In this document: positions 38,857-49,655 of the stretch, piece after piece | Numbering within the stretch: position 1 is the stretch's first letter | Layout: each line of letters starts with the position of its first letter | Assembly (NCBI RefSeq): GCF_006345805.1 | Contig: NC_043001.1 | Location: 113,956,001 to 114,020,000, forward strand | Length of the DNA stretch: 64,000 bases | DNA from: Octopus sinensis | Taxonomy: Eukaryota | Reading direction: 5' to 3' | The notes under the pieces: model-generated | Databases searched by the model: none | The model's input: only the letters and a program-made list of their open reading frames with translations | Told to the model about the DNA's origin: nothing | Program-made: the position numbers and the translations under genes

Positions 38857-38905
38857 GTAGTAGTAGTAGTAGTAGTAATAGTAGTAGTAGTAGTAGTAGT
38901 AGTAT
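38405..38905. repeat. ~500-bp compound (ATT)/(ATC)/(AGT) microsatellite
   Basis: Direct reading. Comparable tracts lie at 14035-14248, 17330-17640, 17905-18130, 40250-40620 and 56630-57070 (CTT). (TCTA)n tracts lie at 16260-16430, 31600-32110 and 55510-55800. Confidence 0.95.
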
Positions 38906-39317
38906 TTGCTTTGCATTTGTTATACATACACAGTTTGCTAACACTACGTCTATAAAAAAAAATGTCATCTGCATGAATAATTTATAAAATTTATTAGAAA
39001 TATTCTTTTAGTGTTTTATTTTACCAATTGTGATGTATTTTCCCCCTGTCTTTTTTTTTCTTTCTTTCCATCTAACTTGGCTTTATGAAAGACTTTCCAC
39101 GAAGAAAAATTGATTATTCGTAAGAACCCACGCGTGAGTAAATCTTACTGTATCTTAACAATATAAATTTATGAAACCATAGCTCCACAAGTCTTTATTT
39201 CATTTTATTGTTTTATAATCATGGCAATCATGAGCTGTCCACCTCGGCTCATCACGTGACATTGTTGACTACTACTATTATTACAACAACAAACAGTACC
39301 ACTAATACAACTACTAC

Positions 39318-39360
<43 letters not shown>

Positions 39361-39371
39361 GTTGTTGTTGT

Positions 39372-39990
39372 TGTTGTTGTCTTCGCACAGCTTCTAACGC
39401 TGGAGATGAACCACAGTACTAGCTGTTCACTACCAGTGAGCTAAGGTAACACCTTTTCGAGCACCATCCGGTGTATTCGAACGGTTCCAAGCAGTTCTGT
39501 TTTCTGCAAGTTCTCAACCCGTATTGCAGCCCCTATTTGTTCCAAGATACTTCTGAATATTTTTACTCACTGTTGTCAGGGCTCCGACAATTATTGGTTC
39601 TACTACCACCTTTTTCAGTGACCACAACTGCTTAACCCCACCAAGCTAACTTCTTATATCTATCGACTTTTATTTCTTCCTTATCGCATAACTTGTTGTC
39701 AGCTGGGCATGCTATACCTATATCCAGCATAGTTTGCTTTCTTTCTCAATAAACACTATGTCTGGTTTCCTATTGTCTCTCATGGTCGCGCTGAATCATA
39801 AAATCCCATAGGATCTTTGCATTATCATTTTCGATGATGCCTTCGGGTTTATGTTCGTACCGCTTTTTTCTTTGTCAAGTCCATACTTATTGCATAGTGT
39901 CCAATGGAAAATTATTGCTATATTGTCATGACGCCTTATATTCTTTCTGGGCTAGTAGGGTACATTTGCAGCTATTCGTGCCTGATCTTT
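39372..39990 (-). mobile_element. RLE non-LTR element 3' fragment (lineage C)
   Basis: Minus-strand LAQKEY..RHDNIA..HWTLCNKYGL..YEHKPEGIIENDNAKILWDFMIQ..KPDIVFIEK..IACPAD..PIIVGAL, with frameshifts. The 3' end runs into (CAA)n(TAA)n at 39320-39379. Confidence 0.85.
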
Positions 39991-40249
39991 TGATCTATTA
40001 TTATTATTATTACTTTTTTTCTTCTTTCAAATTTGCTTCCATTTCTTGCCGAGGGTCTTCCCGACTCCTAGGGCAAAGAAACTCATAGTATACATTGGTA
40101 GGCCATTAAACCAAACTCAATAGTTCGTTCATTTTTTTTTTTTTTTAAGTTAAATTAAAATACATGAGCAGCAACAGTTCTCATATCGACAATGCTCTTC
40201 TCAATACGTGTGATGTACCAGTTAAGACAATCTTTTGCACTTCTTCTTC

Positions 40250-40310
<61 letters not shown>

Positions 40311-40328
40311 CGTCATCATCATCATAAC

Positions 40329-40382
<54 letters not shown>

Positions 40383-40439
40383 TATAATTATTATCATTAT
40401 TATTATTATTATATTATTATTATATTATTATTATTATTA

Positions 40440-40475
<36 letters not shown>

Positions 40476-40561
40476 CGTCATCATCATCATCATAACCATC
40501 ATCATCATCATCATCATCATCATAATCATCATCATCATCATCATCATCATTATAATTATTA

Positions 40562-40617
<56 letters not shown>

Positions 40618-41143
40618 TATTGCTGATGTTTTTGTTGTGGATGTTGTCGTCGTCGTTACTGTTGTTATAGTTGTTAGTATTGTTAATGTTGTTAGTTATT
40701 ATTTGTATTCATTTATTCATTATTCAAAACCCCATAGTGGTGTTTTGAGCAAGCCGCTATAACCTGAGGTGCTCGTGGTTGGAACGCCACGAACAAGAAC
40801 AACATCAACTACGGCAAATTTTATCAAGGATGCTGATCAACCATACCGTTTTCACATCATCATCAGCTGCAGCAGTATTTACAGTAGTAGTTAGTACAAA
40901 CTGGAGAGGTGCAGTTTACTGAGATTGCAGTGGTCGTAGTTGTGCGTTTGTAGTGTTGCTTTACCATTTGCAGTGCAGAAGAAAGAATTTTGTCGATGTT
41001 AAACAAAAGTGCTTAATACTCGTTGCAAAACAAGAATATTGAAATCGCACTAAAAATTTTGCATTAATATAAGAAAGACAGTTGGTGGGTAAAATAACCA
41101 CAAGGTATCTTTCTTCATAATCACAAGGTATCTTTCTTCTTAG

Positions 41144-41375
41144 GGCGGCGAGCTAACAGAATCGTTAGATCGCCGGGCGAAATGCTTAGTGGAATTTTGT
41201 CTGCCGCTACGTTTTGAGTTCAAATTCCGCCGAGGTCGACTTTGCCTTTCATCCTTTCGGGGTCGATTAAATAAGTACCAGTTACGCACTGCGGTCGATA
41301 TAATCGACTTAATCCGTTTGTCTGTCCTTTTTTGTCCCCTCTGTGTTTAACCCCTTGTGGGTAGTAAAGAAATAG
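41144..41375 (+). mobile_element. SINE family B, full length, with flanking duplication
   Basis: Same family. aggtatcttt(c/t)ttcataa occurs at 41103-41120 and 41374-41391. Confidence 0.9.
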
Positions 41376-42015
41376 GTATCTTTTTTCATAAAAAAAGCAT
41401 GTGTTAAGTGAATTCTAAATAACTTCAGTTAACTAAATTCAGTAATAAAGAAACGTTCATTAACAGAATGATTAGCAGATAATGTGTCATTCGGTTAATA
41501 AATTTGGCAGCGTATAGATTATTTTCTGTATGCCATTCAGCTGGATTCTTTCCTTGTTGAGGTTCTGTACTCGATGAAATTTTCACATTGGCATGTAAGA
41601 TGTTGGAAGCATTTCTGAAATATAGAGGAATATATAGAAGTTCATTCAACGTCACAAGGGCGGCTGTGCTGGGAAGAATCGGTTGTGTACTGTTTTTAGT
41701 TAAGGCTCTTCATTTTCGTGGGTTATGTTGATATATGATCTTCACATCTCCGGGTTAAATGAAATAAAGTACTAGTCGAATACTAAGGCTCATATAATCA
41801 ATAATTTTTTAATTCTTATTCTTTCTTTTACTAGTTTCAGGCATTGGACTGTGGCCATGCTAAGGCACTGAGCTTAAATGGATTCTGGATGATCGTAAAA
41901 TATTTGCCTCAATCGTGTGCATAACCTAAGGATCTCTATTTATTGAGAGATTCTGCCTAGCTGTTGTTTAGATTGTGTGTGTGTGTGTATCTGTGTGTGT
42001 GTGCACTTGTGTATA

Positions 42016-42104
<89 letters not shown>

Positions 42105-42119
42105 ATATATGTACATGTT

Positions 42120-42154
<35 letters not shown>

Positions 42155-43202
42155 AAATATGTTTATGTGTATATGTCATGAACATGTACAGCACATACGA
42201 AATACACACATACACACGCGCATATATCCTCATTATTTTTTCGATGTGGAAGCGTTAATTTATGCTTCTCATTATCATAATGAGTACCTTGATAATAATA
42301 GCCTTTCCGAAAAGTTCAATACCGAACCTGCACTTATGTGCCCATACTCAAACATACACCTAGAAGTATTTTATGGCATGTTCTAGCATTTAATTTAAAT
42401 CTCCTTACATATATTACAAGAGGCTTCATAAAATTCATGTCGTAAAAATTTCCAATGATTCGTAGTGCAAGTTATCTGTTATGAAACATTTGAAAACTCC
42501 ATTAACCTTTTTAATTCTATAAGCTTTCCAAAAATAATCATTTGGCAATTCGTTCTAAATGTACCCGAATGACTCCTAAAAATTACCACTGACTTTAAGA
42601 GTAACAATGTTTAGAAGTTTCTGAATATACTGTGCGACATCAGAGTTGTCAACAAATTTATACATTTTAGAAAGCGGGAAAAAATCTCGAAGCCTTTCTT
42701 AACGTCTTTCATTTTTATAAGAAAGAAGATCGGTGGCGTTTAAAATCCAATAATCAACTACGATAGCTCATTCAATATGTCCATACAGACTTCTTTGTAA
42801 TTTACACGGTATCCACAGCGTTGTTGTCTTCTGAAAAAACCCAGGTGAAATGAACGATTAGATATATCTACCTATTGCAGAGACATTTTGATGCACATAG
42901 GAGCAGTTCATATTCTTAAAAAGTTGTTAAATGAAATAGAAATATGTAATTAAAAAATATGAAAATTCAAATAATCTACAATTGTATAACACTTTTATCG
43001 ATAAAAAATTAAACACATTTACGTATCTCAAATTTCTCTGCTTGCCCTGGTACTACTTACAAAGAAGCGAAATACGTAAGTATATAAGTATCAACTATTG
43101 CTTCCCTACCTTTCAAACAATAGTTATATTATTAACTTATATGATTCAGTAATTACATGTATTCTAACAATTATTTCCTACGTCTTTCACACAGTTTCAT
43201 TA

Positions 43203-43421
43203 TACAATGTGGTGCTGAAAAGTTCCTGACTTTAAAGATTTCGCGAAAGGCCTGGCTGAAGACCAAACTTCAGAGTTCCGTTACAGCGCTTACAAAAACT
43301 GGTGTTCCACTGCAATAAGAGTCTCAATCTGAGACAGAAATATGTTGGAAGAAATTATAATTAACAGATCCTCCTGTATTTTCTTTACCCAAAGCCAGGG
43401 ACTTTTTAGCACAACCTTATA
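43203..43421. mobile_element. Mariner-type MITE
   Basis: Imperfect ~30-bp TIRs ..ggtgctgaaaagttcctgacttt / aaagccagggactttttagcacaacc with TA at both ends. There is no ORF. Confidence 0.75.
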
Positions 43422-43587
43422 TATTTACAAAATATAATTTTCATGTTGCATTTTTCAAATCGTTAGAAGATCGTCAGTGAGAAACACGGATGGGCTTTCA
43501 CGGGCAGAATTGGTATTGTGATAGATATATCTACTCACACAATTGCACGAGTAGCGCAAACACACATATAGGTATATATATATAAAA

Positions 43588-43812
43588 GGCGGCGAGCTGG
43601 TAGAATCGTTAGCACGCCGGGCGAAATGCGTAGCCGTATTTCGTCTGCCACTACGTCCTGGGTTCAAATTCCGCCGAGGTCGACTTAGCCTTTCATCCTC
43701 TCGGGTCGATAAATTAAGTACCAGTTGCGCATTGGGGTTGATATAATCGACTTAATCCGTTTGTCTGTCCTTGTTTGTCCCCTCTGTGTTTAGCCCCTTG
43801 TGGGTAGTAAAG

Positions 43813-43816
<4 letters not shown>
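43588..43816 (+). mobile_element. SINE family B, full length
   Basis: ggcggcgagctggtagaatcg (A box), gggttcaaattcc (B box), gtcgacttagcctttcatcc..aagtaccag, 3' end gggtagtaaagaaat. Confidence 0.9.
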
Positions 43817-43873
<57 letters not shown>

Positions 43874-44505
43874 TATATATGTGTGTGTGTCTCTGTGTGT
43901 GTAAATGTATAGATAGATATAGATACACATCTATAAATTACATATAGATACCTACATTTTATTTACACACATATATATATTTGCATACTTAAATACGTAC
44001 ATACATACTGACATACAAACATATACGTGTATGCGTGCACGTGCGTGTGCATGTAGACTCACAAATCAATACACACGCACAGGAAAAACACAGAGACAGT
44101 GACAGGGAAACAGAGAAACTGATAGATTGATGGATGGATACAAAACTGAGCGATTGCTATCTAGATTTATTGAAGAAGTCACGTGTAAAATATAAAATTA
44201 TCTATAATGAATTAAAATAAAATATAAGATGAATACTAAAACTAAACAATATAGAATGAACAAAAGCAAGACAATAACAAATAAAAACATAAACATTATA
44301 AAACTGATTTCCGTTATCGCAAATATATTTGGAGAAACCGCTGAATTTTTCTTATGCCAACCTTATTTCTAATTCCGATTTCGATTTCGCTTTCTGTTTT
44401 CTTTTTTACTCTTCGATTGTGTGTTATCTTCAAAATATATAAGAAAGAATGAATAAATGAAAATGAACAGCAATAATAACAATAATAATAATAGTTGTGG
44501 TGATG

Positions 44506-44537
<32 letters not shown>

Positions 44538-45031
44538 AACAACAACATCGACAACAATAATAATACACAGCAAAAATAAAGCCCATGACAATGACTATAG
44601 AAAAATATGAAAGAAAGAAATAAAAAGAATTATTGCAAACTTCACAAAGGCATACATGAAGACGCATAAACACACTCAAACACATACATATACACACAAT
44701 ATTCATTATGAAGCATCTCCGATAAATTGAAAGCCAATTTCATACTGTAATGATAATAAATAATCATTTCTACTAAAGGCACAAAGCCTGAGGTTTGGAG
44801 GGAGGGTACTTGTCGATAACATCGACCCCAGTGTTTCACTGGTACTTCGTTTATTGACCCTGACAAGATGAAAGGTAAAGTCGAGCTCGGTGGAACGATT
44901 CAACAACCTCGCCACATTAAAAAAAAATTTTAATAATAATATTACGGAGATGTACTCGCATAGCAAGTGATTTGATCTGAGATCGTGTGCTGGAACGAAA
45001 ACAATTCCAGCGTGGAAGGTGTTTGTAAGCC

Positions 45032-45222
45032 ATTTAAGAAACACTCAAAAGCCGTTCGATTCACTTCAACATTTAAGTTTAATTTGTCAAAATATTTTCG
45101 TCGCTAAAATGCAGCACGGATTTTGTCAGTGAACAGGTCGCGGATTTTTGCGACGAAAATATTTTGACAAATTAACCTTAAATGTTGAAGTGAATCGAAC
45201 GGCTTTTGTGTGTTTCTTAAAT
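45032..45222. repeat. 79-bp inverted repeat (3 mismatches), 33-bp spacer, MITE-like
   Basis: 45032-45110 versus 45144-45222. Confidence 0.95.
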
Positions 45223-45231
45223 AATAATAAT

Positions 45232-45690
45232 AGTTGCAGAATGTCCTGAGGTGTCACAGGGAGAATATAAGAAATGAAGACAGGACCAAGTTGTAAAAGT
45301 TTTATACTGGAAGCTCTGTCAGAAACGGGGATTACGAATTGATCCATCATGACCATTTGATTACAGGATTTTAAAGAAAAAGGATGGAAAAATATATATT
45401 CCCTTAAAATTTCAAATTGCAATAATTTGGCGTATGAAAACTACGAACGTTGTACCTGTAAAAATGTGTGCATTTGGAAGTGTTTGTAAAGATACAGACT
45501 TAGATTGAAGGAGATTCGAATAGAATGTCCTGTTGAGCTTCTACAGCAGGTGTGCCTCTTAGGGACAGGAAAGATTATCAGGAGGGTGTTAAGCACTTGA
45601 AGGACTATAAAAAGCTTGTAGATACCTAAGATTACAGGTAGTAACCCGCTGCCTACATAAATTCTATCTGAACAAGCCTGAGTCAAATCA
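45232..45690 (+). mobile_element. RLE non-LTR element 3' fragment (lineage B), internally deleted
   Basis: VAECPEVSQGEYKK*RQDQVVKVLYWKLCQK..VVPV..ELLQQVCLLGTGKIIRRVLST*, then a 3'UTR and (AAT)n(AAC)n. Confidence 0.75.
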
Positions 45691-45728
45691 ATAATAATAA
45701 TAACAACAACAGCAGCAGCATCAGCAAC

Positions 45729-45762
<34 letters not shown>

Positions 45763-45828
45763 ACAACAACAGCAACAGCAACAACAACAACAACAACAAC
45801 AACAACAAAAATAATAATAATAATGATG

Positions 45829-45869
<41 letters not shown>

Positions 45870-45874
<5 letters not shown>

Positions 45875-46710
45875 CTGGACTAAACTAAACGCAAAAGAAA
45901 TAGACAAAGAAAAATCCCAGCAATGGTTGAGAAGCTCAGGACTCAAAGCAGAAACAGAGGGATTTTTAATTGCAGCACAAGACCAAAGCCTCCCCAGCAG
46001 AAATTACCAAAAACATGTAATGAAAAGAAATATTACAAGTAACTGCAGAATATGTGGAGATGGACAAGAAACAATAAATCATATTATCTCTAGCTGCCCA
46101 GTCTTGGCTAAGAAGGAATATATTCACAGATATGACAGAGTTGGAACCTACATACATTGGAAGCTATGCCAACATTATGGAATAACAACAGAAAAAAGAT
46201 GGTATAGGCACACACCAGAAAAGGTCATAGAAAACGAGAAAGCAACCATACTCTGGGATATGCCGATACACACAGATAGAGAAATTAAGGCCAACAGACC
46301 AGATATAGTTGTCAGAGATCATGAAGAAAAAAAATGCTTTCTAATTGATGTATCAATACCGGCAGATGACAACGTGTCCCTAAAAGAAATGGAGAAACTC
46401 TCAAAATACAAAGACCTGGAAATAGAGGTAACTAGAATGTGGAAACTGAAAACAGAAACAATTCCTATCATAGTAGGTGCATTAGGCATGATAAAAAAAT
46501 ATTCAGACAAATACATAACAAAAACACCAGGACTTACAAACACATATAACATACAGAAAATTGCACTACTAGGCACTGCACACATCCTACACAGAACACT
46601 TTCCATACAATAACCATCAGAGCATCACAACAAATCACAGCACATACCCAAGGCACACAGAGCTGCGCTCGGTAGTGAAGTGAAAGCACGCTATAAAAAT
46701 AAAACTACTG
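45870..46710 (+). mobile_element. R4/Dong-like family A copy 2, 5'-truncated (~840 bp; CCHC, RLE domain and 3'UTR)
   Basis: ORF 45927-46613 differs from copy 1 at about 10 of 228 aa. It has the same 3'UTR ending actactga. (AAT)n lies immediately on both sides (45810-45870 and 46711-46727). Confidence 0.95.
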
Positions 46711-46729
46711 AATAATAATAATAATAACA

Positions 46730-48520
46730 TAGTTCCTACTGATAAAAGTAATCTCATAGCAGAAAACAGAGGTGATATCGCTAATAAACCGCAGGAAAGG
46801 AACTGTGATAGCTTGCTCGATGAGAGCAAATTATGAAATTCTGAAATACATCAGAACAAAAAACATCACAGAAACAAAAATTTTGATCAACGCAGCAAGT
46901 ATTGTTGTAGCAAAAAACGTGGATGTTGATGTCAAGAAAAAGAAATATAGTGGGAGTGACAAAAGAAATCTATGGTGGAAAAGAAAAATACAGGCGGGTT
47001 TAGATCTACTCTCGAAAGGACATTTCTGTGTTAGACCGAAAAGAAAAGGGGGGAGCTTAAAAGCGAACAAAAATATAGGGCGCTGAACAATAAGTATAAT
47101 ATTGAAAGAATGGGCCTGAAAGTGGTAATCGAAGACGTCAAACAGCGCCCCTTTGCATAGAAAGCAAAGATAGTAATATACGACCAAAGAATGAAGGGTT
47201 TCCAGTAGAATAGGTTATACAGAAGAGATTCAACAGAGAAATATTTGAGAGTGTACAGATGAAAAGATGATACCAGATAACATTGCAAATCAAAGGTTTT
47301 GGAGTGACATCTGGAGCAAAGACAAATAGCTCAAGAAGGATGCTGAATAGTGGTCTGTCCAAAACAGGCAGAACTAGTTATTTCGGTTAGAGAAATGAAG
47401 TAAATGAGCAAACATATGAGCAACTGGAAGGCCCCAGGACCAGATGGAGTTCAAAGCTACTGGATGAAAAGATTTAGTGCATGTCATGCACGAATACCTG
47501 CACAACTCAAGAGCTTGTTAAATGCCGACCAAGTAATGAAAAACATCGAAAAAAGCAATACGGTAGACAATTACAGGCCAATATCCTGCTTGCCAATCGT
47601 GTGGAAAATATTGACTGGAATAGTCGCAGAGTCCTGCCACATGAGAAGAAGGGTTGCAAACGTGTGTGCAGAGGTACCAAGGATTATTTCCTGCTAGACA
47701 AAACTGTAATTAGAGACTGCAAGAGGAGATAAAGTAAGTTAGCCATGTCATGGACCAATTATCGTAAGGCTTAAGATATGATCCTACATTCTTGGATTAT
47801 GGAATGTATGAACCTATTTGGTATTGCATTGAATGATGAAGGATTGCATGGAAAAAGTATGGGGAAGTGGAGGACGGAACTGACAGCATATGGAACAAGT
47901 TTAGGGACAATAGAAATCAAGAGAGGCATCTTCCAAGAAGACTGCCTGTCCTCACCGATCTTTGAACTGTGCATGATACCACTTACACTGATTCAGAGGA
48001 AAGCAACCAACAAAATGTCAACCACTTGTTATTCATGGATAACCGCAAACTTTATGGTAAAGATGAATCCCAAGTCAGTTCCCTTGTTGATACGGTGTAT
48101 ACTTTCAGTACTGACATCAGAATGTAGTTCGGACTGAAAAGGTGCGGTGTGTTAGTCTTGGAGAGAGGCAAAATCAAATGTATGAACGGACTAGCGATGC
48201 AGTCAGGGGAGGTAATGAAGCGGGTAGAAGAGAAGGGCTATAAGTACTTGGGGATATTTCAAATGGATAAATTGATGGCGAAAGAAATGAGAGAAAAATT
48301 TAAGGTGGAGTACTTGTGCAGACTTAGACTGATCTTTGAGTTGAAATTGAACGGGCGGAATAAGATTGAAGCAATGAAAACCTGGACAGTTTCATTACTT
48401 AGATATGGAGCAGGGTAATCGCATGGACAGTAGACGAGCTAAATATCTTAGACAGAAAGACAAGGAAGTTGCTGACTAGATATGGGATACTCCACCCAAA
48501 AGGTGACACAGACAGACGGT
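46730..48520 (+). pseudogene. Decayed RT ORF of an RLE-type non-LTR element (lineage B-like)
   Basis: Motifs [75 protein letters not shown] and LLRYGAG, with many stops and frameshifts. Confidence 0.9.
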
Positions 48521-48845
48521 ATGTCTTCCTTTCTTTCTTCCTTTCTTTCTTTCTTTGGTTATGGAGCCCACTGTAAGGATTTGCTGTCTTTAAGCACATC
48601 TATATACAGAAAGAATTTCCTCTATGACAAAATACAGCGAATGGCTTTCTTACAAGTTAAAATATGCTTCAAGCGTATTTGAACTGGTAACAATTTTGTG
48701 CTTATACATATATACATGCATACATGCATACATACATACGTACATTCATATATACATACACCAGCAAACATACATGCATACATACATATATACATACATA
48801 CATACATACATACACACATACATACATATATACATATATACATAC

Positions 48846-49325
48846 ACCAACTCAAGGAATACTGGTGGACTATTCCCATCAAAACGTCCGTGAAATGTAA
48901 ACATAACAAGACGGATATTGTTATTTATGAATGAAGGGCAAATGTACGTAGCGTCATAGAGGTCAGCTGCCCTGCAGATATAAATATCTCTGAAAATCAA
49001 AGGAAAAGATGATATTTATGGACAATTGCTTCGAATCCTCCAGCTTCTATATCCAGACCATGAATTCATATTCATACCAATAATAACTGGAGCACTAGTT
49101 TGTTAGTAAATGCTTAAAGGAGAATTTGGATAGACCGGGATTTTCAGAAAGAGAAATCGACCTGTTAATTCGTAAATTACAAGTGCAATCAGTGAGTGGA
49201 ACAGTAAAAATATGCAAGACTTTTCTCAAGTTCCAAATGTGAATTTGTCGGTATCAACTACATCCCAAAGATGGAGCCTTGTATCTTTATTGGAAACTGG
49301 TTCCCTCCTCAGTGGAGATTTATAA
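48846..49325 (+). mobile_element. RLE 3' fragment, lineage D copy 1, between (TACA)n tracts
   Basis: EYWWTIPIKTSVKCKHNKTDIVIY..VIEVSCPAD..YGQLLRILQLLYPDHEFIFIPIITGAL..QVQSVSGTVKICKTFLKFQM* (stop 49240-49242). Flanked by (CATA)n at 48713-48845 and tacatacata at about 49326. Confidence 0.75.
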
Positions 49326-49345
49326 TACATACATATAAACATGAA

Positions 49346-49655
49346 GATAACTATGGACAACTGTTTCGAAACCTCTAACTTACAAGTTTATATTTATACC
49401 AATAATAATTGGAGCACTTGCTTTTGTAAATAAATACTTGTCAGTCTGGATAAGCTTGGACTTTCAGAAAAAACAAATCCATCAACTGATTCAGACATCA
49501 CAAATACAATCTGTAAGCGGAACGGTAAATATATGCAGGGCTTTTCTAAGGTTTAAAATGTGACCTTGTTTTCTTTATCTACATTCCAATGATGGAGCTT
49601 TGTATACTTGTTACAAACCAGTTCCTTCTTCAGAGGAAGAATTTAAATGATTAAA
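49346..49655 (+). mobile_element. RLE 3' fragment, lineage D copy 2
   Basis: YGQLFRN..YKFIFIPIIIGAL..QIQSVSGTVNICRAFLRFKM*, with a 3'UTR homologous to copy 1 (gatggagc.ttgtat..). Followed by (TACA)n at 49665-49690. Confidence 0.7.

Noticed and set aside
49295-49320. CTGAGGA/CTGAAGA on the minus strand in lineage D 3'UTRs (also ~49625-49640) and isolated CTGANGA at ~412, 5285, 43480, 53824, 60032
   Set aside because: No correctly placed GAAA or stems.
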